Shown here: in pieces, positions 20,009-30,883 of the stretch | Numbering within the stretch: position 1 is the stretch's first letter | Layout of the letters: every line of letters begins with the position of its first letter | Source of the DNA: Candidatus Bathyarchaeia archaeon | GTDB taxonomy: Archaea > Thermoproteota > Bathyarchaeia > Bathyarchaeales > Bathycorpusculaceae | Assembly (NCBI GenBank): GCA_049516875.1 | Contig: JBEKSS010000002.1 | Location: 32,001 to 96,000 of the forward strand | Length of the DNA: 64,000 bases | Direction: 5' to 3' | Position numbers and translations under genes: made by a program | The notes under the pieces: generated by a model | What the model was told of the DNA's origin: nothing | What the model saw: only the letters and a program-made list of their open reading frames with translations | The model's database searches: none

Positions 20009-20376
20009 GCCTAGAACCACAACAACTGTTTTCAGGGTTATGGTCATCAATCAGAGAAGGACTAATCTCGATGTTTTTCCCGTCTGATTTGTTGCACCCG
20101 ATAGAAAAGGCGGCACAGTACATTTCCACAAAGTTCGAACAGAATGTTGTTCTGGAAACAGATATGATTCTCAAACAAACAACGCTGAAAACCATCATAG
20201 GACCAGAAGATCACTATCAGAGACTATGCCTCAGATCTCTTGCAGGTCTTCCCGCGATTCCTAGGACCATTAACGAAAACCCTGTAAGCGTGACAGACCT
20301 CAAAGGTTGCTTATCTTGGGTCTCAAAAGGCAAGATCGATGTAACTGAACTTATCCGAGAAATCCGGGATAGCTAA
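20005..20376 (+). CDS. Putative antitoxin with VapB-like C-terminus
   Basis: Ends DLKGCL...KIDVTELIREIRDS, resembling archaeal antitoxin tails; TAATG coupling to the PIN gene. Confidence 0.55.
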   Translation: MSLEPQQLFSGLWSSIREGLISMFFPSDLLHPIEKAAQYISTKFEQNVVLETDMILKQTTLKTIIGPEDHYQRLCLRSLAGLPAIPRTINENPVSVTDLKGCLSWVSKGKIDVTELIREIRDS

Positions 20377-21026
20377 TGACCGATTCTGCACCAGTGAGAA
20401 TCTATCCGGATACCAACATTCTTGTCTCGTATTCATTAGGGGATTCAGATGAGAACTTTGAACTTGCTGAAAAGCTGTTCGAAGAAGTCCAGAATAACAA
20501 ATACATGATGGTGGTCTCCAATTTCACCCTAATGGAGACTCTGCATGCGCTTCGGACAATAGTCACGAAAATGAAATATCAAGAACTTGACAACAGCCCA
20601 TCTCAAGGCGATTTGATACAAATCGCAAACTCAAAACCTTTCGAAGAAACTGTACACAAAGAGAGCATGAAGGCCTTCAGCACGATCATCGACAAGATAA
20701 CGAAAGACACACAACACTTCAGTTTCGAACCAGACGGCTTAACATACCCAAACGAAACATTTGCGGCAGGTCTCCCCTTGCTGTTGGCAACCAAAGGATC
20801 TTTTCGCGTATACAGGTTTCGCTGCCAGAAATGCAACAGCTATCTGAAATGCTCTTCCTGCAGAGTTGATAGCGAGATTGTCTATAAGGAAGCAAATGCT
20901 CCAGATCTAGTTCACCTATTGATATCAGAGCGGCTCGGATGCAAACTGTTTTTCACCATGGACAAATCCTTCGCAAACATACCCATTAAAGATGGGCGAG
21001 TGAAGATAGAAGTATTAGCAAAGTGA
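20376..21026 (+). CDS. PIN-domain (VapC-like) nuclease with Zn-ribbon insertion
   Basis: IYPDTNILVS, SNFTLMETL, DLVHL, FFTMDKSF acidic PIN motifs; CQKC...CSSC insertion. Confidence 0.85.
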   Translation: MTDSAPVRIYPDTNILVSYSLGDSDENFELAEKLFEEVQNNKYMMVVSNFTLMETLHALRTIVTKMKYQELDNSPSQGDLIQIANSKPFEETVHKESMKAFSTIIDKITKDTQHFSFEPDGLTYPNETFAAGLPLLLATKGSFRVYRFRCQKCNSYLKCSSCRVDSEIVYKEANAPDLVHLLISERLGCKLFFTMDKSFANIPIKDGRVKIEVLAK

Positions 21027-21389
21027 ACGCACGACAGATGAACCTGTCATAAGGAAACGCTTTGCCGACAACAAATAGAAAAAAGAGGATATGCAGGAGA
21101 CTTCACCACTTTTCTTGAGTTCAAGTCCTATCGGCGGCGCCACGCCTCTGTTCTTTGGTGTTCCAGAAGGACATTTAGCACACACCAGCTCCGCGCGAGC
21201 GAACTTGCACGGGGGCCAACAGGATTGCCTCCACGACATAACACGCGCATCTACAAAGTCTCCCGTCTGTTCCTAATGACCATCCACGGTCAGTGCTAGC
21301 CCTCGTTCAAACACGCGCTCTAGGTCAACATGAAAGCCGATTAGCAACCAACTCTGTGTGCATCATGCCATACGGCAAAGTGTTGATGG

Positions 21390-21450
21390 TTTTGACACTC
21401 AAAGAAATCACGGATTGAGTACTCAAACACAAGGGCTCGAAACCCAACAT
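21390..21450 (+). repeat. Dispersed ~55 bp double-palindrome repeat, copy 1
   Basis: ttttgacactcaaagaaatcacggattgagtactcaaacacaagggctc; 3' of pyrB. Confidence 0.85.
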
Positions 21451-21491
21451 TAAACCCCACGAGAAGTATGTTGACGCGCCATAATCATGGG

Positions 21492-22439
<948 letters not shown>

Positions 22440-22546
22440 CTACTAGATAACCCTTGTCAACAACGCAAAACCGCGCGGCCAGGGCAAGGGTTAAAGTCTT
22501 TTATTCGTGTTCCGATCATAAGCCTTCTCTCAGAGGGAAATCTGGC

Positions 22547-23011
22547 TTGAGCGAAACAGAGCTGCGGGTTTCCAAAATCAGAGACGGCACGGTAATCGAT
22601 CACATCACCGGCGGCCACGCCCTAGACGTTGCCAAAATCCTGGGAATAACGGGCCGCGAGAAAGGACCCATAACCATAGCCATCAACGTTCCAAGCAAAC
22701 GGTTCAGAACAAAGGACATCCTCAAAATCGAGGGCAGAGAACTCAACCCTCAGGAAGTGCACAAAATCGCCCTCATAGCGCCACACGCGACCATCAACAT
22801 CGTCCGCAACTACAAGGTGATAAAAAAACAAGAAGTCAAGCTGCCGAAGACCATAGAGAACATCATCAAGTGCGCGAACCCCGCTTGCATAAGCAACAGC
22901 AACGAGCCTGTTAAACCCAAATTCTACGTTGAATCCGAGGATCCCCTGTTGCTGAAGTGTCATTACTGCGGCAACATCATCGAGAAAAAGGATTTACTCC
23001 AACAGTTCTAG
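22547..23011 (+). CDS. pyrI: Aspartate carbamoyltransferase regulatory subunit
   Basis: LRVSKIRDGTVIDHI, CANPACIS, CHYC; likely start TTG 22547 rather than 22454. Confidence 0.95.
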   Translation: MSETELRVSKIRDGTVIDHITGGHALDVAKILGITGREKGPITIAINVPSKRFRTKDILKIEGRELNPQEVHKIALIAPHATINIVRNYKVIKKQEVKLPKTIENIIKCANPACISNSNEPVKPKFYVESEDPLLLKCHYCGNIIEKKDLLQQF

Positions 23012-23133
23012 CCTCCAACGAGAATCCAACTCGACGAAACGTTTATATCGTAAGATAGCATATTGTATAAGTGGATAGGTCTGGAAACAGACATATTGTA
23101 TCCGTGGAGAACACAAATACAGATGGTGAAAAC

Positions 23134-23472
23134 ATGTATGAACTGTTTACCTCCAATCTGTGGATCCTCACGCCCACGACGTGGGTGTGTTTCACAATGT
23201 ACCTAGGATGGTACTTCACGAGGGCAAAACGTTTTTCCCCAGTAACCCCGGCAGAAGCAAGACAGCTATGGACCATTCACAAACAGACTGCGCACTGTGA
23301 AGGCAAGAAGTGGCGGCGGGTGAAGAACGGAAACCAAACCGTGGGTTTCCAGTGCGAATGCGGATACAGACACGTGCAGAAAAAGCCGCTAATTACTCAC
23401 GCGCCTGCCACTCTGAACACCCCCGAAATCTCCGCTTTCGACAGGCTACACACCTCACACAAATCAGCATAA
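23134..23472 (+). CDS. Small membrane-anchored Zn-finger hypothetical protein
   Basis: GGTGA SD before ATG 23134; N-terminal hydrophobic segment; H..HC and CECG. Confidence 0.65.
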   Translation: MYELFTSNLWILTPTTWVCFTMYLGWYFTRAKRFSPVTPAEARQLWTIHKQTAHCEGKKWRRVKNGNQTVGFQCECGYRHVQKKPLITHAPATLNTPEISAFDRLHTSHKSA

Positions 23473-23639
23473 GCCTTCACCCGAGCAAGAACGGGCAACC
23501 ATGATGACACAGCGAGAGCAGCGCGCTTAATGACCAAAAACCAGGCTTTGTTCTAACTTCAGCTACGAAACAGCCGCTGCGACGTCTATGGAACACGGCC
23601 GGTTCGGCAACGGTGACTCGCCGTAACTCCCCTTGCCAT

Positions 23640-24110
23640 CTAGGCACCGAGTTGCCGGCAGGCTCGCCTAAACAGTCCTTCAAAGTAGTCTTTTTCCAGC
23701 TTCTTGCCCTCACCTATTCCGGGGCATTCCTGTGTGCAGAAGAATCCGTGTTTTCCGTCCTTCATTCCTCTCAGCTCGAACGGGTAGAAAACGCACACCA
23801 AAGGCCTAAGCTCGTAAACACTGCAGTTTCTTCCCTCAAGAAAAAAACATTTTCCCTCTTCACCAGTTTTTCTCATCTCGTAAACGTAAGGCTCTTGGCC
23901 CTCGATCTCCACCGCAAACGTCTCAACCGGCTTCAGAACGGCCTTCGAGATTGCCTGAGCCTCTCCCCACAAGAGCAGAACATGCCTCCTTCGACTCTTC
24001 GTGTCTCCACAACAAAGCGCACACCTCGTGCATTGAAAACACACATCTCTGGGATAGCTAAAACCCGCTCTCCCCCGCGATGTCACGCACTCACGACTCA
24101 AGGCTCTCAC
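23640..24110 (-). CDS. YkgJ-family (CxxCxxCC) cysteine-cluster protein
   Basis: FQCTRCALCC, CFFL...CSVYELRPLVCVFYPF, CPGIG. Confidence 0.9.
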   Translation of the reverse strand: MRALSRECVTSRGRAGFSYPRDVCFQCTRCALCCGDTKSRRRHVLLLWGEAQAISKAVLKPVETFAVEIEGQEPYVYEMRKTGEEGKCFFLEGRNCSVYELRPLVCVFYPFELRGMKDGKHGFFCTQECPGIGEGKKLEKDYFEGLFRRACRQLGA

Positions 24111-24292
24111 AACTCAAGTTCAAGTTTCCGGTCTTGCGCAGCCGACAGCGTTCTATTGAAAACCGCAGATATATACCTTCAACCCAAAGCAAAACACCCG
24201 TAGCAGCGCAAGAGCAGTCCACGCTTCACATCAACATCAAAGCCAATCAGCAACAATCCTGCTCGCGCCTCAAGCGCAGAAGGCCGTTCACG

Positions 24293-24353
24293 TTTTGAGA
24301 CTCAAAGAAATCACGGATTGAGTACTCAAACACAAGGACTCAAAACACAACAT
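24293..24353 (+). repeat. Double-palindrome repeat, copy 2
   Basis: ttttgagactcaaagaaatcacggattgagtactcaaacacaaggactc; 3' of tRNA-Pro. Confidence 0.85.
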
Positions 24354-24391
24354 ACCCACAACCAAAAAACAACATCGCACAAACAGCAGAA

Positions 24392-24469
24392 TGGTGGGGC
24401 TGCCCGGATTTGAACCGGGGTCACGAACGCCCGAGGCTCATAGCCTAGACCAAACTAGCCGACAGCCCC
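24392..24469 (-). tRNA. tRNA-Pro(CGG), CCA encoded
   Basis: Reverse complement GGGGCTG...TGAGC-CTCGGGC-GTTCG...CCCGG-TTCAAAT-CCGGG-CAGCCCC-ACCA. Confidence 0.93.
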
Positions 24470-24578
24470 AAACCCTTCACCCATTCCTATTTCCAAAACC
24501 ACAAAATAAGCCTATCCCAACACCTTTAAACCCCACACACCCAAAATAGTACACCCCCACCACCACAGAGGCCAAACC

Positions 24579-26771
24579 TTGTCCGCCAGCCACCGCACCC
24601 ACGGAATCAAAATCCTCAAAGCCATAGGCTCACCCCTAAGACTGCAAATCCTGAACCTCCTTTTCGACAAAGGCTCCCTCAGCTACACGGAACTCATGAG
24701 CAACTTGAAAATGAACCCAAGCAGAGACGCAGGAAGATTCGCCTACCACCTCAAATTCCTCCTCAAAGCAGACCTCATCGAAGCCATCGTCGACCAAAAA
24801 AAATACGGCCTAACCGACCTCGGCAAAATGGTCATCGACGTCGCCGACAGAATAGACAAAAAAGCCTACAAAACAAAAAACACACTCATCCGCGCCAGTA
24901 GATCAGCCATAGAAGAATTCGACGCCAACAAAATCGCAAACGCACTAATAAAAGAAGCCAAAATGCCCCCCGAACAAGCACAAAAAATAGCCAAAGAAGC
25001 CGAAACCCAACTCCTCAAATCCAAAACCAAATACCTAACCACCCCACTCGTGAGAGAACTCGTAAACGCCATCCTCATCGAAAAAGGCCTCGAAGAATAC
25101 CGAAACAAACTCACACGCCTCGGAATACCCGTCCACGACGTCACCAACCTCCTACACACACAGCAACAACCAACAAGCCCGCTGGAAGCAGCAGGACAAA
25201 CAGTCTTCAAAGAATACACACTCCTGAACACGTTGCCAAGAGACATCGCAGACGCCCACCTCTCAGGCGCCCTACACATCAACAACCTCAGCACATGGAT
25301 ACTCAAACCCACAGAAACCGTACACGACATCAGATTCTTCCTACAAAACGGCCTAAACCTAGAAACAATCAACCCCACCCAAACCAACCAACCCCCACCC
25401 CACAACCTGGACACAGCCCTAACAACACTCTTCAACGTCCTCCTCCACTCACAAAAAGAAACAGAAACAACCCAAACACTCGAATACTTCAACACCCTCC
25501 TCGGCCCATACACAAAAAACCAGGAACCAGCAAAAACAAAAGAAGCACTGCACCAGTTCATAACAAACCTAAGCCAACACACAGACACCGCCATAAGCCT
25601 AGAACTCACGACACCAGGCTTTTTAGCCGAAAAAACCGCCATCGCACCAGACGGCAAACAAGCCGGCAAGTACGCGGACTACACGGAAGAAACCCAGCAG
25701 CTAGCATCACTGCTCCTGGACACATTCACCGAAGAAAGCGCTCAAAAACCGTTGGTCAACCCCAAACTCATCATCAAAATACGCCCAGAAACACTCAAAG
25801 ACGAAACAGCAAAAGCCACACTCCTCAAAGCCCACGCACTTGTAGCACACAACGGCACACCATACTTCGCCAGCTTAACAGAGCATAAACAAACAGTCCA
25901 CACCCCTTCAGGGTTCAAACTGGACGCCGAAGCAGACGACGACTGGGAAATCGACACTCTCCGCACCGGACTCCTGGGCACTGTAACAGTAAACGTGCCA
26001 CGTGTAGCCTACGAATCTGGAAACGACAAGACAAAGTTCCTCGAAACGCTCAAGGAAAGACTTGAAATGGCAAACCGCGCCCTGGAAATCAAACACCAAG
26101 CCCTAAGACAACACGGCAAGAACCTGCTCCCATTCCTCATGCAGAACACCGACGGCGACCAGTACTTCAGACTCGAAAAAAGCATACACACGATAAACCT
26201 GGCAGGACTGACAGAAGCCGCAGAAGCCTTCACGGGCAAGAGCATCGAAGACGAGAAAACCGTAGCCTTCGTCCAAGAAACCGCACAGAACATCACAACG
26301 TTCATAAACAAAATCGGAAGAAAACGCGGAAAACACCTGTACGCAGCAACGATGCCAAACCCCGAAGCCTCAGCAAGACTGGCACAACTGGACATCGAAA
26401 GATACGGAATCGCAAGAGTCCACTTCTCAGGCACAAGAGACAAACCCTACTACTCCACAACAGACACAGTCACACTCAAGAACGGCAACATCCCCCAACA
26501 ACCCCAAACGACGAGGAGCAGAACAAGCCAAACACGCACGGGCGGAAACCTAACGCTGATCGAACTCGACGAGACACAACACGAACCAGAACAGCTTCTT
26601 TCGGTAACTAGGCAACTCGTAGAAAACCGCAACATGGAATTCTTCACCTACAACCGCAAAACAACCTACTGCACAAACTGCAAAAAAACTTGGCCCGGCC
26701 AGGCACACAAGTGCCCCCAATGCAACGCCGTGAGCACACTCACGTACTACGACAGATCCGACCAAACCTAG
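24579..26771 (+). CDS. ArsR-HTH + ATP-cone + class III ribonucleotide reductase (NrdD)-like fusion, probably catalytically inactive
   Basis: SPLRLQILNLL...FAYHLKFL HTH; EEFDANKIANAL...LTTPLVRELVNAIL ATP-cone; DAHLSGALHIN, VTVNVPRVA, TYCTNC...CPQC NrdD features; no C-terminal RxxGY. Confidence 0.82.
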   Translation: MSASHRTHGIKILKAIGSPLRLQILNLLFDKGSLSYTELMSNLKMNPSRDAGRFAYHLKFLLKADLIEAIVDQKKYGLTDLGKMVIDVADRIDKKAYKTKNTLIRASRSAIEEFDANKIANALIKEAKMPPEQAQKIAKEAETQLLKSKTKYLTTPLVRELVNAILIEKGLEEYRNKLTRLGIPVHDVTNLLHTQQQPTSPLEAAGQTVFKEYTLLNTLPRDIADAHLSGALHINNLSTWILKPTETVHDIRFFLQNGLNLETINPTQTNQPPPHNLDTALTTLFNVLLHSQKETETTQTLEYFNTLLGPYTKNQEPAKTKEALHQFITNLSQHTDTAISLELTTPGFLAEKTAIAPDGKQAGKYADYTEETQQLASLLLDTFTEESAQKPLVNPKLIIKIRPETLKDETAKATLLKAHALVAHNGTPYFASLTEHKQTVHTPSGFKLDAEADDDWEIDTLRTGLLGTVTVNVPRVAYESGNDKTKFLETLKERLEMANRALEIKHQALRQHGKNLLPFLMQNTDGDQYFRLEKSIHTINLAGLTEAAEAFTGKSIEDEKTVAFVQETAQNITTFINKIGRKRGKHLYAATMPNPEASARLAQLDIERYGIARVHFSGTRDKPYYSTTDTVTLKNGNIPQQPQTTRSRTSQTRTGGNLTLIELDETQHEPEQLLSVTRQLVENRNMEFFTYNRKTTYCTNCKKTWPGQAHKCPQCNAVSTLTYYDRSDQT

Positions 26772-26805
26772 ATAGTAGTGTTCTGCATTGTAACCTTCTG
26801 CTGGT

Positions 26806-26867
26806 ATGTTGGCTTGTGAGCCCTTTTGTTTGAGTGCTCAATCCGTGATTTCTTTGAGACTCAAAAC
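26806..26867 (-). repeat. Double-palindrome repeat, copy 3 (inverted)
   Basis: Reverse complement gttttgagtctcaaagaaatcacggattgagcactcaaacaaaagggctc. Confidence 0.85.
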
Positions 26868-26954
26868 ATTGTTGAAGCATGTTGGTTTGAAGCTTTTTTT
26901 ACTCAATTCTGCCTGGTTTTTGAGTGTCAAAAGTTTCGGCATGCTGAGTTTCTC

Positions 26955-27015
26955 ATGTTAGAGTCGGAGGCCTTGCGTTTGAGTACTCGATGCGTGATTT
27001 TTTTGGGTGTCAAAA
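26955..27015 (-). repeat. Double-palindrome repeat, copy 4 (inverted, diverged)
   Basis: gccttgcgtttgagtactcgatgcgtgatttttttgggtgtcaaaa. Confidence 0.75.
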
Positions 27016-27144
27016 GTGGGTTTCGATGTTTGCTCGTGCGTGTTGCATGTTGGGTTTTAGGCTTCTGGCTTTGAGGTTCAATTCGTGGTTTCTTTGGGTG
27101 TTAAAGGCGGGTGGTTTTCTGTTTGTTGGTGTTTTGGGTGTGGG

Positions 27145-28062
27145 TTATCTTGTTTTTGCGGGTGGTTTGGATTTTTTTATGGCGAGGTAGATGGTTGTGG
27201 CTGCTAGGATGATGGTTGATGTTATGAGGGTGTAGTTGATGTTTGTGCTGAGGGCTTGTTGGCCGCGAGCGGCGTCGTAGTTTGCTGTGAGGCTTGTGTA
27301 GCTTGAGTTTAGTGCGTTGTAGTATTGTGTTAGGTTGTTGTAGTTGGAGTTGAGGGATTGGAGGCTGTTTTGTAGGCTGGTGTAGTTTGCCAGTAGTGCG
27401 TTGAATGTTGTGTGGAGGCTGTTGTAGTTTGTTTCTTGTGAGTTGTAGTTGGCTGCTAGTGAATTGTAGTTTGCGGTTAGGCTGTTGTAGTTGGCGAGTA
27501 GTGTGTTGTAGCTCAGGTTGAGTTGGTTGGTCTGGCTGAGAAGGTTGGCGTAGGCTGTTGAGGTTTCGTTGAAGTTGGTGAGTAGCTGGGTGTAGTTGGC
27601 GAGTAGGTTGGTGTAGTCGGTGAGCAGGGAGTTGTAGGTGGCGTTCAGGGTCGTGTATTCTGGGGATGGGACGAATTCTGTTATTGTGAAGGTGAAGTTG
27701 AAGCTTACTGGGCCGTAGTTGAAGATGGATGAGTCTACTCGGATGGTGTGGTTTCCCACGTTGGACAGCGGAGGCTCGGTAGGGACTGTCAGGTTGTAGT
27801 TGTAGGAGCCGTCTGCTCCTAGCGCGCCCTGCTGGTTGAGGGCTACGGTGGTGTCGTCCCAGAAGATGTCGGCTGTCTGGACGTTGCCCACGCTTGCGTT
27901 TGTCGTGGTGAATCTGAGGAGGATGATCGTGGTGGCTGTCCCTTGTGAAGGAAGTATTTCTGCCTCTATCGGGCTGCCCTGGGCTCTCACTTGCATCGCC
28001 GTTAAGCCTATCAGAGATATGAGAACGAAAATTGCCATCAATGTCTTGTAAGGTTTGTTCAT
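27145..28062 (-). CDS. Secreted, C-terminally anchored coiled-coil protein
   Basis: Signal peptide, Ig-like segment, YNSLxAN heptads, C-terminal TM and basic tail. Confidence 0.8.
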   Translation of the reverse strand: MNKPYKTLMAIFVLISLIGLTAMQVRAQGSPIEAEILPSQGTATTIILLRFTTTNASVGNVQTADIFWDDTTVALNQQGALGADGSYNYNLTVPTEPPLSNVGNHTIRVDSSIFNYGPVSFNFTFTITEFVPSPEYTTLNATYNSLLTDYTNLLANYTQLLTNFNETSTAYANLLSQTNQLNLSYNTLLANYNSLTANYNSLAANYNSQETNYNSLHTTFNALLANYTSLQNSLQSLNSNYNNLTQYYNALNSSYTSLTANYDAARGQQALSTNINYTLITSTIILAATTIYLAIKKSKPPAKTR

Positions 28063-28434
28063 GGTCCTTGGCTCCGTATTCTAAGCGTATGAACTCATGT
28101 TATAGTTAAGGGTTCTATTTTGTTTTCGGTTCATGTTCGACCATCCTAAGTCTCATGTGACCTTGCTTTTGCCAAGTAGAGTAGCCTTTGCTTGATTGTC
28201 AGGCGGTTTTGTCGCGCCTTGTCGGGAGAAGCTCGTTATTCTCGTGGAGGTTGAGCTGCAACCTATCTTCCGTTTTGATGTATCGGAGGGTTGTTCTTGG
28301 CTACCATGCTTCGGAGCGCGCGCTATCCATCGATCGTTATTGGTCCTTGAAGTCGGAGGAAGATTATTAAGCGCGCTAGATCTTTGAAAACTGGGAAAAA
28401 CTAGGTTATTTGTAAAACGATTCGGGTTTGAAGG

Positions 28435-29136
28435 ATGGCAGTCGACCAAGAAAACGTGTCAAAAATTCTGTCCGTAATATCTCATAGCCTGAGAAGAGAG
28501 ATTCTCCTAAACCTCAGTGAAAAGAATGAATGCTCCTTCACAGAATTGATGAATGATCTCAATGTGGACACAGGAAAACTTAGTTTTCACATTCGAAGTC
28601 TCGATGTTTTTCTGGAACGGACACCAACTGGGAAATACAGATTAAGCAAAGTAGGCGAAAATGCGGTAAGACTGGTCAAAGACTTAGAAGGGTGGGCAGC
28701 AGAAGCAGAGGTTGCAAGAAAAACATCCAGTCTGCCAATTGCCACCTTCAAGAAAAGAACTCTCGCTTTTCTCATAGACTTTTCTCTGACCCTTGCAATA
28801 TCAATTCTGATAACGCTGCCGAATGCTGTTTCTCTGCTGGCGGGAGGCGCATTCGCTTTGGATACAACCCTCGTTGTTTTTCTCGTTCTTCTGTGGGGAT
28901 ATTCGACCCTTTTGGAGGGATTTGCTGGTCAGAGTTTAGGAAAACGTATTATGGGCCTGAAAGTTGTGAAAATCGACGGCAAAAAACTGTTCTACGACGC
29001 TGCAGCTGTGAGGAATTTTGGCAAAGCTTTTCTACTACCGTTTGACCTGCTCATTGGCCTGAGATTAGAGGACGAGAGGTTTATCAGGTACTTCGACAAG
29101 TTCGCTGGCACAACTGTAATAGACTTGAAACCCTGA
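28435..29136 (+). CDS. ArsR-HTH / RDD-family membrane fusion protein
   Basis: HSLRREILL...TGKLSFHI HTH; KRTLAFLID and GQSLGKRIMGLKVV RDD motifs. Confidence 0.85.
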   Translation: MAVDQENVSKILSVISHSLRREILLNLSEKNECSFTELMNDLNVDTGKLSFHIRSLDVFLERTPTGKYRLSKVGENAVRLVKDLEGWAAEAEVARKTSSLPIATFKKRTLAFLIDFSLTLAISILITLPNAVSLLAGGAFALDTTLVVFLVLLWGYSTLLEGFAGQSLGKRIMGLKVVKIDGKKLFYDAAAVRNFGKAFLLPFDLLIGLRLEDERFIRYFDKFAGTTVIDLKP

Positions 29137-29305
29137 GTCTTCCGTCCTATTTGTCAGCTCCTCTTTGAAAAATGTGCGAAGTCGCATTCGCATTCTTTCC
29201 AAGCAATGTTGACTATTTGCGGAAGTGCGCTTCTTAAAAAGTCTTAAAATCGCCCTCTGTGTTGTCAAAATGGAAAATGAAAGCAAAAAAAGAGGTGAAT
29301 GAAAC

Positions 29306-30652
29306 ATGAAATTGAGTAAACTTCAAATCATAGTGTTGTTCTGTGGTGTTACGGTGGTGTTCTTCGGGTTAAGCCCAAAAAGCCTAGCCTTGACTTCCTC
29401 AAACATATTATTCAAAGAGAACTTTGATTCTGGTTCAACTAGCATGTGGATACCCAAACAATCACATGGCACAGGTACAGTCGTGGCTGAAGCTGCTTTA
29501 CATGGAAGTTATGGACTGAAGCTTTCGACGGATGGAACGGTAGCAGCAGAAACCAAAGCATTGGCAAACCTAGGTTCCAGCTATACTGACGTGTACGCAA
29601 GATGTTACATGAAGTTCCTAGGTCTGCCAACGGGATATGATTTCTGGAATATAATCAGCATGCTTCGTCCTGATTGGATCCCGGACGTGGGCATAAGGCT
29701 TTACGGTCCGAGTCGCAGCAGTGCAAATCAAGTGGAGTTCGGGGTAGGATACCTCAAGAATGGTGCTCTTGCCTGGCTCACTTATGGTCCTGTTGGAGCG
29801 AACAGAATGTACTGCATCGAACTTCATCTAAAAGAGGACGTGACAAACGGAGCAGTTGACCTTTACATCGACAACAATCATGTGCTGGGAGACAGCGGCT
29901 TCGGCAATGGCCATTCTATCCAGCAAGTCCAGTATAACCTCTACGTTGGCAACGCTGGTTCTCCACACACGATTTATGTTGACGATATAGTTGTTGCCAA
30001 CACGTACATAGGAGCTATTCCTCCAGCGAGTACTCCGTCAGTAACTTCGCCACCATCAACCAATCAAACCACTCCACCATATGTTAAAACCAATTTGGCT
30101 GCTATTCCTAACGATTGGTATTTGACTTATGGCAATGGCAAACAAATCATCTTCTTAGACTCCACTGTCGTGCGAACATCGGGAAAACCAAGCATCCGCC
30201 TTGAACCTCATACCGCGAATGACATGAATCGTGCCAGAGAAGTCGACGGCATATGGTATCCCATTAAGCCTGGCGATCACATTGTTGCTAAGTGCTGGAT
30301 GAGAGTCTTAACTGGACCATCAACCTATGGTTACCCTTATTGCGGAGCGCGAATCGGAATAGATTTCGACGGTTATGACGGTGACGGCAAATACGTCATT
30401 TTAGATGCAGCCCAATTCTGGAAGGCGTACTACCAGGGAGATTTCTCTCGGAGCTATGTTCGGGATAGCAATGGCGGCGCGTGGCAGCAGAGGACAATAG
30501 ATATTATCGTTCCTGCAACTGTAGGCGACACTCTAAATCGTCCGTGTGTACCTGATACAATGGTTCTGTGGATGCAAGGAGCACCCTGGATTATCAACCC
30601 TACTGCCAGCAATGTATGGTTTGCCGATGCAGAATTATACATTAACCCATGA
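29306..30652 (+). CDS. Secreted protein: lectin-like beta domain, S/T/P linker, conserved C-terminal domain (paralog A)
   Basis: Signal peptide; FKENFDSG...IYVDDIVV; C-terminal domain shared with 46261-47625 and 49208-49954. Confidence 0.78.
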   Translation: MKLSKLQIIVLFCGVTVVFFGLSPKSLALTSSNILFKENFDSGSTSMWIPKQSHGTGTVVAEAALHGSYGLKLSTDGTVAAETKALANLGSSYTDVYARCYMKFLGLPTGYDFWNIISMLRPDWIPDVGIRLYGPSRSSANQVEFGVGYLKNGALAWLTYGPVGANRMYCIELHLKEDVTNGAVDLYIDNNHVLGDSGFGNGHSIQQVQYNLYVGNAGSPHTIYVDDIVVANTYIGAIPPASTPSVTSPPSTNQTTPPYVKTNLAAIPNDWYLTYGNGKQIIFLDSTVVRTSGKPSIRLEPHTANDMNRAREVDGIWYPIKPGDHIVAKCWMRVLTGPSTYGYPYCGARIGIDFDGYDGDGKYVILDAAQFWKAYYQGDFSRSYVRDSNGGAWQQRTIDIIVPATVGDTLNRPCVPDTMVLWMQGAPWIINPTASNVWFADAELYINP

Positions 30653-30883
30653 GTTGCAACTTACAACGTTCACTTAGAGCATGCGCTAGCGTCAATCTGA
30701 AAGAAAAAGAGGATTTGCAGGACGTGAATAAGGCGGGCTGATTCATTACTTTATTTTTTCTTTTGTCTTTTCTGCGGCTTTTTTGGTCTCTTCGACTCCC
30801 TTTTCCCCAGCCCGCGCATTAGATATTAGCGCGCGCCAGTTAGGGGAAAATGTTGTATTCGCGCGCGCGGGGACGGTGTTTCT

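Larger units (their letters stand above)
19067..21143. mobile_element. ~2.1 kb mini genomic island integrated in the tRNA-Asn 3' end; no integrase inside
   Basis: Perfect 25 bp direct repeat gttcaagtcctatcggcggcgccac at 19067-19091 and 21119-21143 (attL/attR). Confidence 0.85.

Noticed and set aside
21091-21276. Second tRNA or small gene at the right end of the island
   Set aside because: Only the 3' 25 bp of tRNA-Asn is present (attR); the overlapping short ORFs have no support
24866-25888. Long alternative-frame ORFs (267 aa minus, 197 aa plus); similarly 15096-15719 and 23613-24203
   Set aside because: Shadow ORFs of well-supported genes, favoured by skewed codon usage, with no motifs
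24579-26771. Functional anaerobic ribonucleotide reductase nrdD
   Set aside because: No catalytic cysteine, no glycyl-radical motif, no adjacent activase
26771-27145. Canonical ORB-type replication origin
   Set aside because: No TCCA..GGAAAC/G-string ORB boxes and no cdc6/orc1 nearby; only the skew switch is reported
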